A stretch of 63,079 nt of DNA, counting the filler, from Octopus bimaculoides (Eukaryota): assembly GCF_001194135.2 (NCBI RefSeq). It is 7 parts of 6 records of this genome, joined end to end, with 100 filler letters (N's around TTAATTAATTAA, not from the genome) between each part and the next. Parts side by side here need not be neighbours in the genome. Positions count along the whole stretch, not along the records: positions 34,864 to 45,373 come from NC_068998.1; positions 45,474 to 56,991 come from NC_068985.1; 5 more parts are not named here. One strand, 5' to 3'. Positions 38,616-50,158 of the stretch are shown here, in pieces. Position numbers and translations under genes: made by a program. Positions within the stretch are counted from its first letter, which is position 1. Each line of letters begins with the position of its first letter. A model generated the notes under the pieces. The model was not told the origin of the DNA. It saw only the letters and a program-made list of their open reading frames with translations, and searched no databases.

Positions 38616-40252
38616 ATAACTGATAGAGAGATAGACAGCTGGAGAAAGGGTTCTGGAAGAGTGATGCAGATATGAAAATGTGAATGGGTGTTAAACAATG
38701 AATATTCACATCACGTTAAATCTATTAAGATGCATATCTAATGCTGAGAGCTTCTAAGACGTTATATTCTGCGGAGAGGAACAGACGTAGTTGTGTGGTT
38801 GTTTGGCAAAATTATCATGTCGGCGATCGCACCGAAACTCGAAGTTTCGTATTCTTTCTTGCTAAAATCTCAGCTGAGGTTTCTTCATGTCTTCTGCAGG
38901 CTTCACTAAAGTTTCCTCCGATATACTCTTGTTCTCTCGCTGTTGCCACTGAGGCACAAAGCAGGAGGTCTGGCACTTTTTGACATAATTACATATCCGT
39001 ATGTTGATTGGGGTTGTAGGACAATATATCTAGGAGCCAGCTCTCATTGAATTTTGTAAACCTTATTCATCGCACAGTCTCCTGTATTGATCTATAACTG
39101 GGGCCCTTGATAGTACCACGCTAAGCCAGAGTGAACCTGGAAGTCATATACCCTAAAATTCCTGAATTCGCAAACTAAAACTTTACCACCGGATGCAGGT
39201 TAACGTCTTGCTCTTAGTCTTAAAAAAAAATAAATGTTTTTCTCTAGTAGTACCATCAAATTACATTTACACTAATAGCATTTTTTTGTTTTAATTTATG
39301 AACCACAAATAACAACGGCAACCGTCATAGAGTTAAAGAATTTCGTACCTAAATCCCTGTTCTTTAAAAATGAAAAGTAAAGAAAATGTACTAAAACTAA
39401 ATCTGAAAATGCATCTAAGTATAGAAAATCTATTTCTAGATTCATATGTATTTTATCATGTCATAGTATATGCATATATCTGTAAATGATTTAAAGATAG
39501 ATAAAACGAGGCAAGAGATATACACGGCAGAAACAAATTTAAACAACAAAATCAATAGAAACAAAATGGCTTCTTCTTTTCCCCCCAACATAATCTGGAC
39601 GAAATTAAATAGGGTGTATACTTCATGAATTATATAATCCATAAATAAACCTAGGCATTTAGTTCCAACTAAAACCTTTCAGTAAAATTATCAGAACTTG
39701 GATTAATGTTAATCGGTGGTAATATTAGGTTTGATAAAAATGACTACAATTCCGCCATTAATTAAATGTATTTTCGATAACGAGAAATAAAACATCATTC
39801 GAAGATATTTTCACACACATGCGCGCGTGCGCCCCACATACGGACACACATATACTCACACACACATGTATATATATATGTACGCATGCATGTATATACA
39901 TACATATATATCTACATACACACACATATATATATATATGTACATATATATATATATATACACANNNNNNNNNNNNNNNNNNNNNNNNNNNNNNNNNNNN
40001 NNNNNNNNNNNNNNNNNNNNNNNNNNNNNNNNNNNNNNNNNNNNNNNNNNNNNNNNTATATATATATATACATATACATATATACTTTTCAGATATATTT
40101 TATCACACTTATTTCATTTTAGATATAATTATAATTTAAATTTAAAATAGCATGTATATACGCATGTATATATGTGTGTTGTATTTATGTGTATATGTGT
40201 GTATATATATATACGCATGTATATAATACATAAAATCATACATATATATTTA

Positions 40253-40306
<54 letters not shown>

Positions 40307-40871
40307 TTATGATTATGACAGCTGGCACCTCACACCTAGTTATTCTAATTTCACATTTCCCATCATCAGAGTGAATAGGCCGTCTCTTGGTTTTGAGCAC
40401 TTTGTGCTAAAATTGGAAACCAATATTTGTTTATTTATTTTTCTTTGAGCGTCGTCTATGATTCGATAGAGATCTAGCTGTTGCTCTTTCTAGCTGCTTA
40501 CCAACCGACCGTATGAAGGGTTCGTTAAATGGTAACAGTTTCGTACTTAAGAAGTCAATCTGGGGAGTTGTAAGTTCCATATCACGTGTCTCCGGTATTT
40601 TACATATCTTTCCCGGGTTAAATATATATAAACATTCTTTGAAAAACCGTGATCTTTAAACAAATAATTTATGTAATCACGTTTAAAGGCTTCAATTTCT
40701 GACATCAAACTACAAATGTGACCAAATGATCGAATTTCAAACATATCGAATGAAAACAAAAATACATTGAGTTGACGATTCACCGGATTTCATCATCGGA
40801 GATGAATGAAGTTTGGTTAACCCTTTAGAAAATCTCAAAATAGTTTGCTCTGAGTTTGTTCACATATTTAA

Positions 40872-41222
40872 AGACGCAGGCGTGACTGCGTGATATGAAA
40901 CTTAATTCCCAAACACATAGTTCCAGGTTCAATCCTACTACGTGGCACTTTGGGCAAATGTCTTTAACAATGGCCACGTGTACCGAGAAAAGCCTTGTGA
41001 GTGGATTTAGTAGACGAAAACTGAAAGAATCCCGCCCTACACAAACATACATACACACTCACGACGGGCTTCTTTCAGTTCTCGTCTAACAAATCCACTC
41101 ACGAGACTTTGGTCGGCCCAAGGCTATAGAAGACACATCCCCAAGGTGTAGCGCAGTGGGACTGAACCCGGAAGTGTGTCGTTGGGAGGCAAGCTTCTTC
41201 ACACACAGCCACACCTGCGCCT
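40872..41222. mobile_element. Inverted pair of SINE family C 5' halves
   Basis: Plus copy 40872-41037 and minus copy about 41052-41222, separated by about 20 bp. Confidence 0.82.
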
Positions 41223-42411
41223 ATATATATATCTATATCTATACACACACACACACACACACACGGATGCAGGAATCCGTATTACTCTAAACTGACTGAT
41301 GAGATGTATTCATGATTTCAGAATCTTTCATTATCGTGAACCGCAACCCGTCTCCTATCTGTNNNNNNNNNNNNNNNNNNNNNNNNNNNNNNNNNNNNNN
41401 NNNNNNNNNNNNNNNNNNNNNNNNNNNNNNNNNNNNNNNNNNNNNNNNNNNNNNNNNNNNNNNNNNNNNNNNNNNNNNNNNNNNNNNNNNNNNNNNNNNN
41501 NNNNNNNNNNNNNNNNNNNNNNNNNNNNNNNNNNNNNNNNNNNNNNNNNNNNNNNNNNNNNNNNNNNNNNNNNNNNNNNNNNNNNNNNNNNNNNNNNNNN
41601 NNNNNNNNNNNNNNNNNNNNNNNNNNNNNNNNNNNNNNNNNNNNNNNNNNNNNNNNNNNNNNNNNNNNNNNNNNNNNNNNNNNNNNNNNNNNNNNNNNNN
41701 NNNNNNNNNNNNNNNNNNNNNNNNNNNNNNNNNNNNNNNNNNNNNNNNNNNNNNNNNNNNNNNNNNNNNNNNNNNNNNNNNNNNNNNNNNNNNNNNNNNN
41801 NNNNNNNNNNNNNNNNNNNNNNNNNNNNNNNNNNNNNNNNNNNNNNNNNNNNNNNNNNNNNNNNNNNNNNNNNNNNNNNNNNNNNNNNNNNNNNNNNNNN
41901 NNNNNNNNNNNNNNNNNNNNNNNNNNNNNNNNNNNNNNNNNNNNNNNNNNNNNNNNNNNNNNNNNNNNNNNNNNNNNNNNNNNNNNNNNNNNNNNNNNNN
42001 NNNNNNNNNNNNNNNNNNNNNNNNNNNNNNNNNNNNNNNNNNNNNNNNNNNNNNNNNNNNNNNNNNNNNNNNNNNNNNNNNNNNNNNNNNNNNNNNNNNN
42101 NNNNNNNNNNNNNNNNNNNNNNNNNNNNNNNNNNNNNNNNNNNNNNNNNNNNNNNNNNNNNNNNNNNNNNNNNNNNNNNNNNNNNNNNNNNNNNNNNNNN
42201 NNNNNNNNNNNNNNNNNNNNNNNNNNNNNNNNNNNNNNNNNNNNNNNNNNNNNNNNNNNNNNNNNNNNNNNNNNNNNNNNNNNNNNNNNNNNNNNNNNNN
42301 NNNNNNNNNNNNNNNNNNNNGTGTATATACACATAGATATATGTACACAGATGCACATACATACCTTTACACATATGCAAGTATACATACATACATACAT
42401 ACATACATAAA

Positions 42412-42445
<34 letters not shown>

Positions 42446-43199
42446 CATACATACATTAGCAGGGTGTATATTTCTTGTGTTCATGCTAAACAGTCGGAAA
42501 TGGAATGGGTGTGACATTCAGATGTCTGTTGTTAAAGAGACAGACTCAACAGCACCGGTAGTGACGAAAGAACTCTCCTCTCCCCACTTGTCTCTCTCTC
42601 CCTCTCTCTTTTTACTCTTTAACCCTTCCTTCTCACTCACTCTCTGTCTGTCCCTCTTTATTCCTCTGCCTTTCCCTCTGTCTACGATGAGATTTAAGGA
42701 CGGTGGTGTTATCTGATGTTTGAGAGGTGTTGCGATGTTGCCGCTGTTGGTGCCGATGGTGTTCGTAGCAGCGGTTGTTTCCGATGTTCAACCCTAGGTT
42801 AACTCTGATCAGCCAGACTCATAACCAAAGACATTCCAGAGTGGCCACCTCCACCTAATCCGTCACCGTCATCTTCATCATCGTCGTCGTCTTGTGCTGG
42901 TTGTTTAGTCTTTGTGTACCTAGGACTACAAATTGTTTTTTGTTTCTTATTCGTTGGATCTGAAGGAAGGCTTCGTGCCAGTAGCCTCCACCTTCCCTTC
43001 CGACAGGAGTGAGATCGATCCTGAATTAATATAGATCACAGGTACATGCTTTTGTTGTTGTTGCTGTTGTTTAGCTTTAGGTAATCCCTGAACGTTGAGA
43101 CTTTTCATCAGACAATCTAGCCTTGACATACCAGCGGCATTTGCGAAACTCTGTGTGTGTGCCTCTGTGGTGTGTGTGCGTATGTATGTGTGTGTACGA

Positions 43200-43244
43200 A
43201 AGAGAGAGAGAGACAGAGAGATAGATAAGTAGATATATAGATAA

Positions 43245-43304
<60 letters not shown>

Positions 43305-43320
43305 AGATAGAGAGATAGAG
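43200..43320. repeat. (GA)n/(GATA)n microsatellite
   Basis: Direct reading. Confidence 0.95.
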
Positions 43321-43469
43321 AGCGAAGGAGAGAGAGGGACAGATGTTTTTGAGGGGCGTTTTCAGTATCTCAATGTGGTGTGCTCCAAATTATCCTGAAA
43401 TCGGAGACCTGACACAAAAGTTTCCATCGAAATAGACTCTGCTTAAAAAGCACCCAAGAACCAGGTAAG

Positions 43470-44040
43470 AGCGTGTTAAGTCTTGTCAACCAAGTAGGCT
43501 TTCGTACGATTCGAACTCAGAAAGCAAGGAATCGGAACAATAACTGCATGGCATCAGGTCCGACATTCTTAATTGTTCTGACAATCTACCGTCATTGTTT
43601 GACGCCATTTTTTTTTTATTGACTTAGAAAAGGTAGAAAGTTAGGTTGTTCTCAGTGGGTTTGAACTCGGATCGCAGAGAGAACAAATGCCGCGACGAAT
43701 TTTATCGACCCCGAAAAGATGAAAGACAAAGTCAACCTCGGCTAATTTGAACTCTGAACGTAAAGGTCTGGAGGAAATGCCGTAAAGCATTTTGTCTGTA
43801 GCGGCATCCACAATTCCACCTTGCCGCCTATAACAGATTCTGATATTGTAACGTGGCCAATGGTTTTCAATTGTTAGTTTATTTCTTTTTCTTTTTCGGT
43901 CAGTCTATTAATTTGCCCATACTACTTGACCACTAATTTATTTCATCGACCTCTATGGAATTAAAGACAAAGTTGACCCCAACGAATTTTGAACTCAAAT
44001 TACAAGGAATCGGTACAAATTCAACATAACATTTCGGCCA
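43470..44040 (-). mobile_element. Cluster of degenerate SINE family A fragments
   Basis: Repeated ttgaactc(a/g)ga and atcgaccccgaaaagatgaaagacaaagtcaacc modules. Confidence 0.68.
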
Positions 44041-44342
44041 CTGCGCCATACATTTCGTGATTTTATACCTGCGAATAATTTCATTAGCTTAACATCCTGG
44101 GCTGGTCTTTTATCTTATAGTCCGCGGAAGTGTGAAATGTATAGCAGTATTGGTAATGATTTGATCTTAGAATGCGGTTTCGTCCTCTTATCTACAGAAG
44201 ATGAGATGCCGTCTACAATTTTCTACGTCCACCTCGAGTCTGTATGTACACGTGTATGCATGGGTGGGTGTACGGGTATGCATGCGTGTTTGCTCCAGTT
44301 CATACATATATATCAGTGATGCAATGCAAGTCCTCCCTCCGT

Positions 44343-44388
<46 letters not shown>

Positions 44389-44799
44389 CAGAGAAGAGGA
44401 CGGGGGAGTGCATTGCATCACGTATATATATATATATATATATATACGTATGTCTATATATATATATACATGTGTAATGGTATATATANNNNNNNNNNNN
44501 NNNNNNNNNNNNNNNNNNNNNNNNNNNNNNNNNNNNNNNNNNNNNNNNNNNNNNNNNNNNNNNNNNNNNNNNNNNNNNNNNNNNNNNNNNNNNNNNNNNN
44601 NNNNNNNNNNNNNNNNNNNNNNNNNNNNNNNNNNNNNNNNNNNNNNNNNNNNNNNNNNNNNNNNNNNNNNNNNNNNNNNNNNNNNNNNNNNNNNNNNNNN
44701 NNNNNNNNNNNNNNNNNNNNNNNNNNNNNNNNNNNNNNNNNNNNNNNNNCTCCAGTTCATACATATATATCAGTGATGCAATGCAAGTCCTCCCTCCGT

Positions 44800-44854
<55 letters not shown>

Positions 44855-45094
44855 TGATAGAGAGAGAGAGAGAGAAAGATAGAGAGAGAGAGAAAGATAA
44901 AGAACTTGGCTGTTGAAGGAAGTCTTTACCAGATGTGTGTCCTAAATAGAATGTTATATATTTATATACACACATTGTCCTGGATTATACACGCACATAA
45001 ACTTACACACACACTAATACATAGACGCAACGCATATTGAGTGGGACTTGTAAGAAATCTATATGCACAGAAACACAGACCCAATGAAAGAATA

Positions 45095-45345
45095 TTATAT
45101 ATATATATATTTTTTCATTCTTTTATTTGTTTTAGTCATTTGACTGCGGCCATGCTGGGGCTCCGCCTTTAGTCGAGCAAATCGACCACAGGACTTATTC
45201 GTTGGACGACTAGTATTTATTCTATGGATCTCTCTTACCGAACCGCTAATGTTACCGGGACGTAAACACACCAGCATCGGTTGTCAAACGATGTTGGAGT
45301 GGGGGTACAAACACAGGCACACAAACATTTACATGTATGTATTTA
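45095..45345 (-). mobile_element. SINE family C, 3' half
   Basis: tagtcatttgactgcggccatgctggggctccgcctttagtcgagcaaatcgacc...acaccagcatcggttgtcaa. Confidence 0.85.
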
Positions 45346-45473
45346 TATATGTTTATGTATATATATATATATANNNNNNNNNNNNNNNNNNNNNNNNNNN
45401 NNNNNNNNNNNNNNNNNTTAATTAATTAANNNNNNNNNNNNNNNNNNNNNNNNNNNNNNNNNNNNNNNNNNNN

Positions 45474-46085
45474 CATCGCCCCCGACGTCGCCAGCAGCAA
45501 CACGACTCTACGTACTACCAGCATCGCCGCCAGCATCAACACGACTCTACGTACACAAACTACCAACAGCTAACCAAACAACTACCGCAGCATTTCTCGA
45601 CCCTGTTTGTGTGATTTGCCCACCACGAAACCAATAGCCAGAATTCAGCCTGCGAAGAACATCTGTATTCAAGAACCCGGCGCGGCATCGAAGCGCCAAC
45701 ATTACGACGAGTGACCGCTCTGCCTTAACGCCTTAACTTCTTATATACAGACACTTACCACTGTGTACTCTAACTAAAAACTGGTAAATTATCATACGTG
45801 TTACTGACTCTGATCTATACTCTGTAACTCTTACATACACATACATATTTGTACACACACTCTTCTCTTTACATGACGGCCTGTCTTTAATGTGTTTTAT
45901 TATGTCGCATTCACTCACAGACATACGATTTAATGCTCCAATAAATCTTACTGTTATTCATCTTCATCGGTTGGTTCAATATCGTTTTCCTTACTGGCAT
46001 TCCTTTCGCATTTCACATGCGATCTCTATGTTATAGTATTATAATATATATATCTCTTATATTTTGTCGTGACCGTGTGACGCGT
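45474..46085 (+). mobile_element. Unclassified repeat, LTR-like
   Basis: CpG-rich 5' part with an 18-bp direct repeat (caacacgactctacgtac), followed by an AT-rich part with AATAAA. No coding motif, and neither terminus is confirmed. Confidence 0.3.
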
Positions 46086-46148
46086 TTAAAAAAGGAGCCT
46101 GTTTTTCCATTCGTCACCATTTCTCCTTTTGGTTCGCACGTTCGTTCT

Positions 46149-46192
<44 letters not shown>

Positions 46193-46324
46193 AGANNNNN
46201 NNNNNNNNNNNNNNNNNNNNNNNNNNNNNNNNNNNNNNNNNNNNNNNNNNNNNNNNNNNNNNNNNNNNNNNNNNNNNNNNNNNNNNNNNNNNNNNNNNNN
46301 NNNNTATATATATATATATATATA

Positions 46325-46490
46325 TATGATGGGCTTCTTTCAGTTTCCATCTACCAAATCCACTCACAAGGCTTTGGTCGGCCCGAGGCTATAGTAGAAG
46401 ACACTTGCCCAGGGTGCCACGTAGTGGGACTGAACCCGGAACCATGTGGTTGGTAAGCAAGCTACTTACGACACAGCCACTCCTACGCCT
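46325..46490 (-). mobile_element. SINE family C, 5' half abutting a gap
   Basis: Near-consensus gggcttctttcagtttccatctaccaaatccactcacaaggctttggtcggcccgaggctatagtagaagacacttgccc...cagccactcctacgcc. Confidence 0.9.
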
Positions 46491-46700
46491 ATATATATAT
46501 GAATTTAAATAATAAGGGTAAAAAATTGAATATTAATTTGATTAATATCAATTTAAACCAGTGGCCTCACGTAGATGTCCACTTAGTGGTCATCCCACTT
46601 ATATGTAGTTTATATATATATATATATATATATAAAGTTTCAAAGCTCATCAAGCTTTGAAACTTCAAGTAGCATGGAATTTGAATCAAACTGTTTTGAT

Positions 46701-46734
<34 letters not shown>

Positions 46735-46738
<4 letters not shown>

Positions 46739-47188
46739 GGTGAGATCCAGGCTACATATGTTTCATAGAGAGCTGTGAATATATAAGCAAGGTGTTCACC
46801 ACTGGCCACTTGTCAGGCCAAGGGTATCTTGCTTAAATGAAAATTTACATTGTTGCAAGGAGGTACATGTTTACACACTAAAGATTTGATCAGAATGTGT
46901 AGAGAGCATGGTAAGAGTGAAGAATATAAATGTGGTGAGAAATTAGTAATATTCTTATATTTCTAATTTCTCTCCACATTTATATTTCTCTCTCTTACCA
47001 TGCTCTCTACACATTCTGATGGAATCTTCCATGTGTTAACATCTACTTCTTTGTGACAATGTAAACTTTCATTTAATCAAGATATCCTTGACCTGATGAG
47101 TAACCTGCGGTATACACTCCGCTTGGATATTTACCACTTTCGCGATACTGTTTGCTATGAAACTTATGTAGCCTGGATCTTACCTACT
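46735..47188. mobile_element. ~450-bp palindrome, probable Penelope-like element remnant
   Basis: Three nested inverted blocks (agtaggtgagatccaggctacatatgtttcatag; tcaggccaagggtatcttgcttaaatgaaaatttacattgt; atcagaatgtgtagagagcatggtaagag) are each mirrored on the right, around a short AT-rich centre. Confidence 0.75.
47080..47180 (+). ncRNA. Type-I hammerhead-ribozyme-like motif with enlarged stem II (degenerate)
   Basis: CTGATGA at 47093-47099, GAAA at 47159-47162, stem III AC-ttat-GT, cleavage triplet GTA at 47168-47170. The mirrored left arm has the palindromic ACATATGT stem III and core CTGACAA. Confidence 0.45.
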
Positions 47189-47711
47189 CCATTCCTTAAC
47201 TTTTGTATTCTTATTCACATAGCTGGCAACCCTGGTTGCCTACTGTGAAATATAAAAAGAAATTTTTTAGCTTATTATACATCTATACAAAAAATTCATC
47301 AATAAATCATTGTTGTTCCTAAAAGGTGTTTTTTATATTTACTACAGATTGCTTGAAGCTAACTTTCTTCCTACACATGCATGCACACATCAAAGGTAGA
47401 ACAGAAAAACACAACAAGTGGACAAAACAAGCTGCACAGATCATTTGCAGTAATCGCCTCTTCAGTCAGAATCTGGAATGTCCATGTAGTTTCGCTCACT
47501 TATTTCTAATACTACTTGAAACCAGCTGGGCCAAGGACTCAAGCTAAAAGCATTCAGCCCTGAGCAAGGCAAATTAATGTACATATATGAAAACAAATAA
47601 GTAAACAACAGTAAGGGTCTCTCGACTATCAGATGAGTGTAGTAAGCTAGCGTGAGGAAAATGGAAAAAATCTTAACTACATATGTGGACAGATATATAG
47701 ATAAAGATATA

Positions 47712-47757
<46 letters not shown>

Positions 47758-47949
47758 TATATCTTTATCTATATATATATATATACATACACACACACAC
47801 ACATACACACCCACATTAGTGTCCCAAGAGAAGGTTTTTTTATTAAAACATTACAGTGATCTCATTAATATAGATAAAAATAACACAGTTTTCTTTCTCT
47901 AATGTAGATAAAGTTGTATTTATACAAAATAAAGGTTGGAAGATTGTGT

Positions 47950-48854
47950 TCACCCTGATGTATCTCATTTCTGGTGTGATTATATTTATGGTTATATATT
48001 TCCTTCAAAGAATGATTTTTGACATTAATACAGATACTCTCCTCTATGAATATAAAGTGTACAAAAATATTTTTTGTGAGGGAAATATTTACCAAACAAA
48101 TTAGCAATATAACTTTTCTTCAGGGAGCATACATTTGTATCTCATTAAGCTAGCTGTCTGGGAGATGGTTTCTCTCCTGTATGAATGTGATTGTGAGTAG
48201 TTAAGTTACTTCTTCAAGTGAATGATTTATCACAGATTTCACAGTGATATGGTTTCCCTTCTGTATGAATACATTTGTGTTTAATTAAATGACTTGTTTC
48301 AGAGGATGTTTTACCAAAAATATCACAGTGATATGTCTTTCTTTTGTATGAATGCATTTTTGTGTTGTTAAAATACTCTTTTAAGAGAATGATTTACCAC
48401 AATATGGCTTCTCCTTTGTTTGATTATGACTGTGTAACTAAGGTACTTTCTTTAGAGAATGATTTACAATATAAACTACAATTATATGACCTCTCCTGAA
48501 TGAATGTTTTCGATGTAGTTACTTGAAATCTCTGGGAGAATGATTTGCCACAGATATCTCTGCAATATGGTTTCTCTTCTGTATGAATGCATTTGTAAGC
48601 AGTTAAATCACTTGTTACAGAGAAAGATTTACCACAAACTTCACTGTGGTATGGCTTCATGGCTTCTCTTCTGTATGAATTTGTCTGTGAGTAATTAAGT
48701 TAATCTCTTGAGAGAATAACTTTTCACAGTGGTGTGATGTTTTTCTTTTCTCTTTCCCTATCTTATCTAAATAATCAGTACTTTTGGATTGCAATGTTTT
48801 GCATTTAACCTGGTTTTTGCATAATTCATTCTCCATAACTTTTTCATTCACCAT
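47950..48854 (-). pseudogene. Disrupted multi-finger C2H2 zinc-finger gene (about 7-9 degenerate fingers)
   Basis: MVNEKVMENELCKNQVKC...HRQIHTEEKP / YHSEVCGKSFS...IHTEEKPYCRDICGKSFS... / [55 protein letters not shown]. An 8-bp duplication at 48651-48666 shifts the frame; several stops and lost Cys/His follow. Confidence 0.88.
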
Positions 48855-48967
48855 TATATATTTTGTTTTTATATTTTATTTCAGAAAAATATTCCCATCA
48901 ACAGTGAACTTTGTCAATAGCTGAAGATGCTGCAAATTCCTTGAAATTATCTTGTATATATTCCTGA

Positions 48968-48985
48968 CTGTGAAATAGAGAAATG
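48968..48985 (-). promoter_or_regulatory. Putative 3' splice acceptor of the zinc-finger coding exon
   Basis: Minus strand atttctctatttcacAG|tcagg, about 115 nt upstream of the ATG at 48854. Confidence 0.5.
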
Positions 48986-49285
48986 TTATAAATCTCAGAT
49001 GAAATATTTCACAGCAATTCTGCCACAGATTTATAGATGTAAAACTATGTCCATTCCATGTAATATCTTCTTTTGGTATTTAAAAGGTGGCATATATTGC
49101 TAATGTATATCAAGTTAAAAATTCTTTTATGCCAATGTCATCTTATATTTCTAAAATAATATAGAAATAGTGTAACAAATAAAGGATACTTAAAGTGTGG
49201 AGGTGTAGAGTTGACATTTTATAACACTTTTATATTGATAAACTGAATATTTGAACTTTTAATTTGTTATTAAAATTACATTATA

Positions 49286-49618
49286 CAGGATGGCCCCAAA
49301 GTCACTGAAGGATTGTAATTTTTGATAATTCTTTAATTTTTTGACAATTTTCTTTCCTTTTCAGGGATTTTATGGACTAGAGCCTGGAAATTAATTATAG
49401 AAAAATATGGCACCACACAATGCTCCAAGTGGTGAAATTGTTCTTTCAAAATCAGGGGGCAATTATTCAAAACCAGAGAGCATGTTGTTGACATTTTCAA
49501 GTGAGAGATGCCCCAAGTGAAAACACAATTAAGAACTTAGTTCGTCATTTTGAAAAACAAGGGGCAGTAAGTGATCTCCCACAATCTGGGAGACCTTGCA
49601 CTGTCAGAACTGATGAAG
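49286..49618 (+). mobile_element. Tc1/mariner-superfamily transposon 5' fragment (left TIR + HTH N-terminus)
   Basis: TA|caggatggccccaaagtc terminus. Translation LQVVKLFFQNQGAIIQ...HFQVRDAPSENTIKNLVRHFEKQGAVSDLPQSGRPCTVRTDE. Confidence 0.75.
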
Positions 49619-49619
49619 G

Positions 49620-49905
49620 AAGGGAACGAAGGTGAGAGAGTATTGAACAGAATCTGGACACATCAACTTGATGTAGTCTACACAGCATGGGATGCTTTCA
49701 ATTATGATCCAGCAGTTCATTATGTAGATGACACTAGAGTTTCCATTGGTGCAATGACAACTGAGTGCATACATTGTAAAGCAAGGAAGTAGCTTGGAGA
49801 GGCACCTGCACTGTGTTACAAGCAGTTGAGACCTACGTAATCTAGACAGCGTTTTTAAATTTCATTATTTTCTTTTACCCGGACGATGCCGGGTATTTCT
49901 GCTTG
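49620..49905 (+). mobile_element. Helitron fragment with 3' hairpin terminus
   Basis: AFNYDPAVHYVDDTRVSIGAMTTECIHCKARK*LGEAPALC recalls the Cys-motif region N-terminal to Helitron Rep. Hairpin tacccgg-acgatg-ccgggta at 49876-49895, then CTTG|T (CTAG-like). Confidence 0.7.
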
Positions 49906-49930
49906 TGTGTGTGTATATATGTATATATAT

Positions 49931-50122
49931 ATCATCATCGTTTAACGTCCGCTTTCCATGCTAGCATGGGTTGGACGATTTGACTGAGGACTGGTGAAAC
50001 CGGATGGCAACACCAGACTCCAATCTGATTTGGCAGAGTTTCTACAGCTGGATGCCCTTCCTAACGCCAACCACTCAGAGAGTGTAGTGGGTGCTTTTAC
50101 GTGTCACCCGCACGAAGGCCAG
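49931..50122 (-). mobile_element. Retroposon 3' end with a (GAT)n tail (RTE-type tail or RTE-dependent SINE)
   Basis: Minus strand ggttggcgttaggaagggcatccagctgtagaaa...ccaacccatgctagcatggaaagcggacgttaaacgatgatgat. Confidence 0.6.
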
Positions 50123-50156
<34 letters not shown>

Positions 50157-50158
50157 TA

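Noticed and set aside
41287-42517. Long ORFs of 345-400 aa (also 26584-27482 and 44188-44916)
   Set aside because: They consist almost entirely of X from N-runs.
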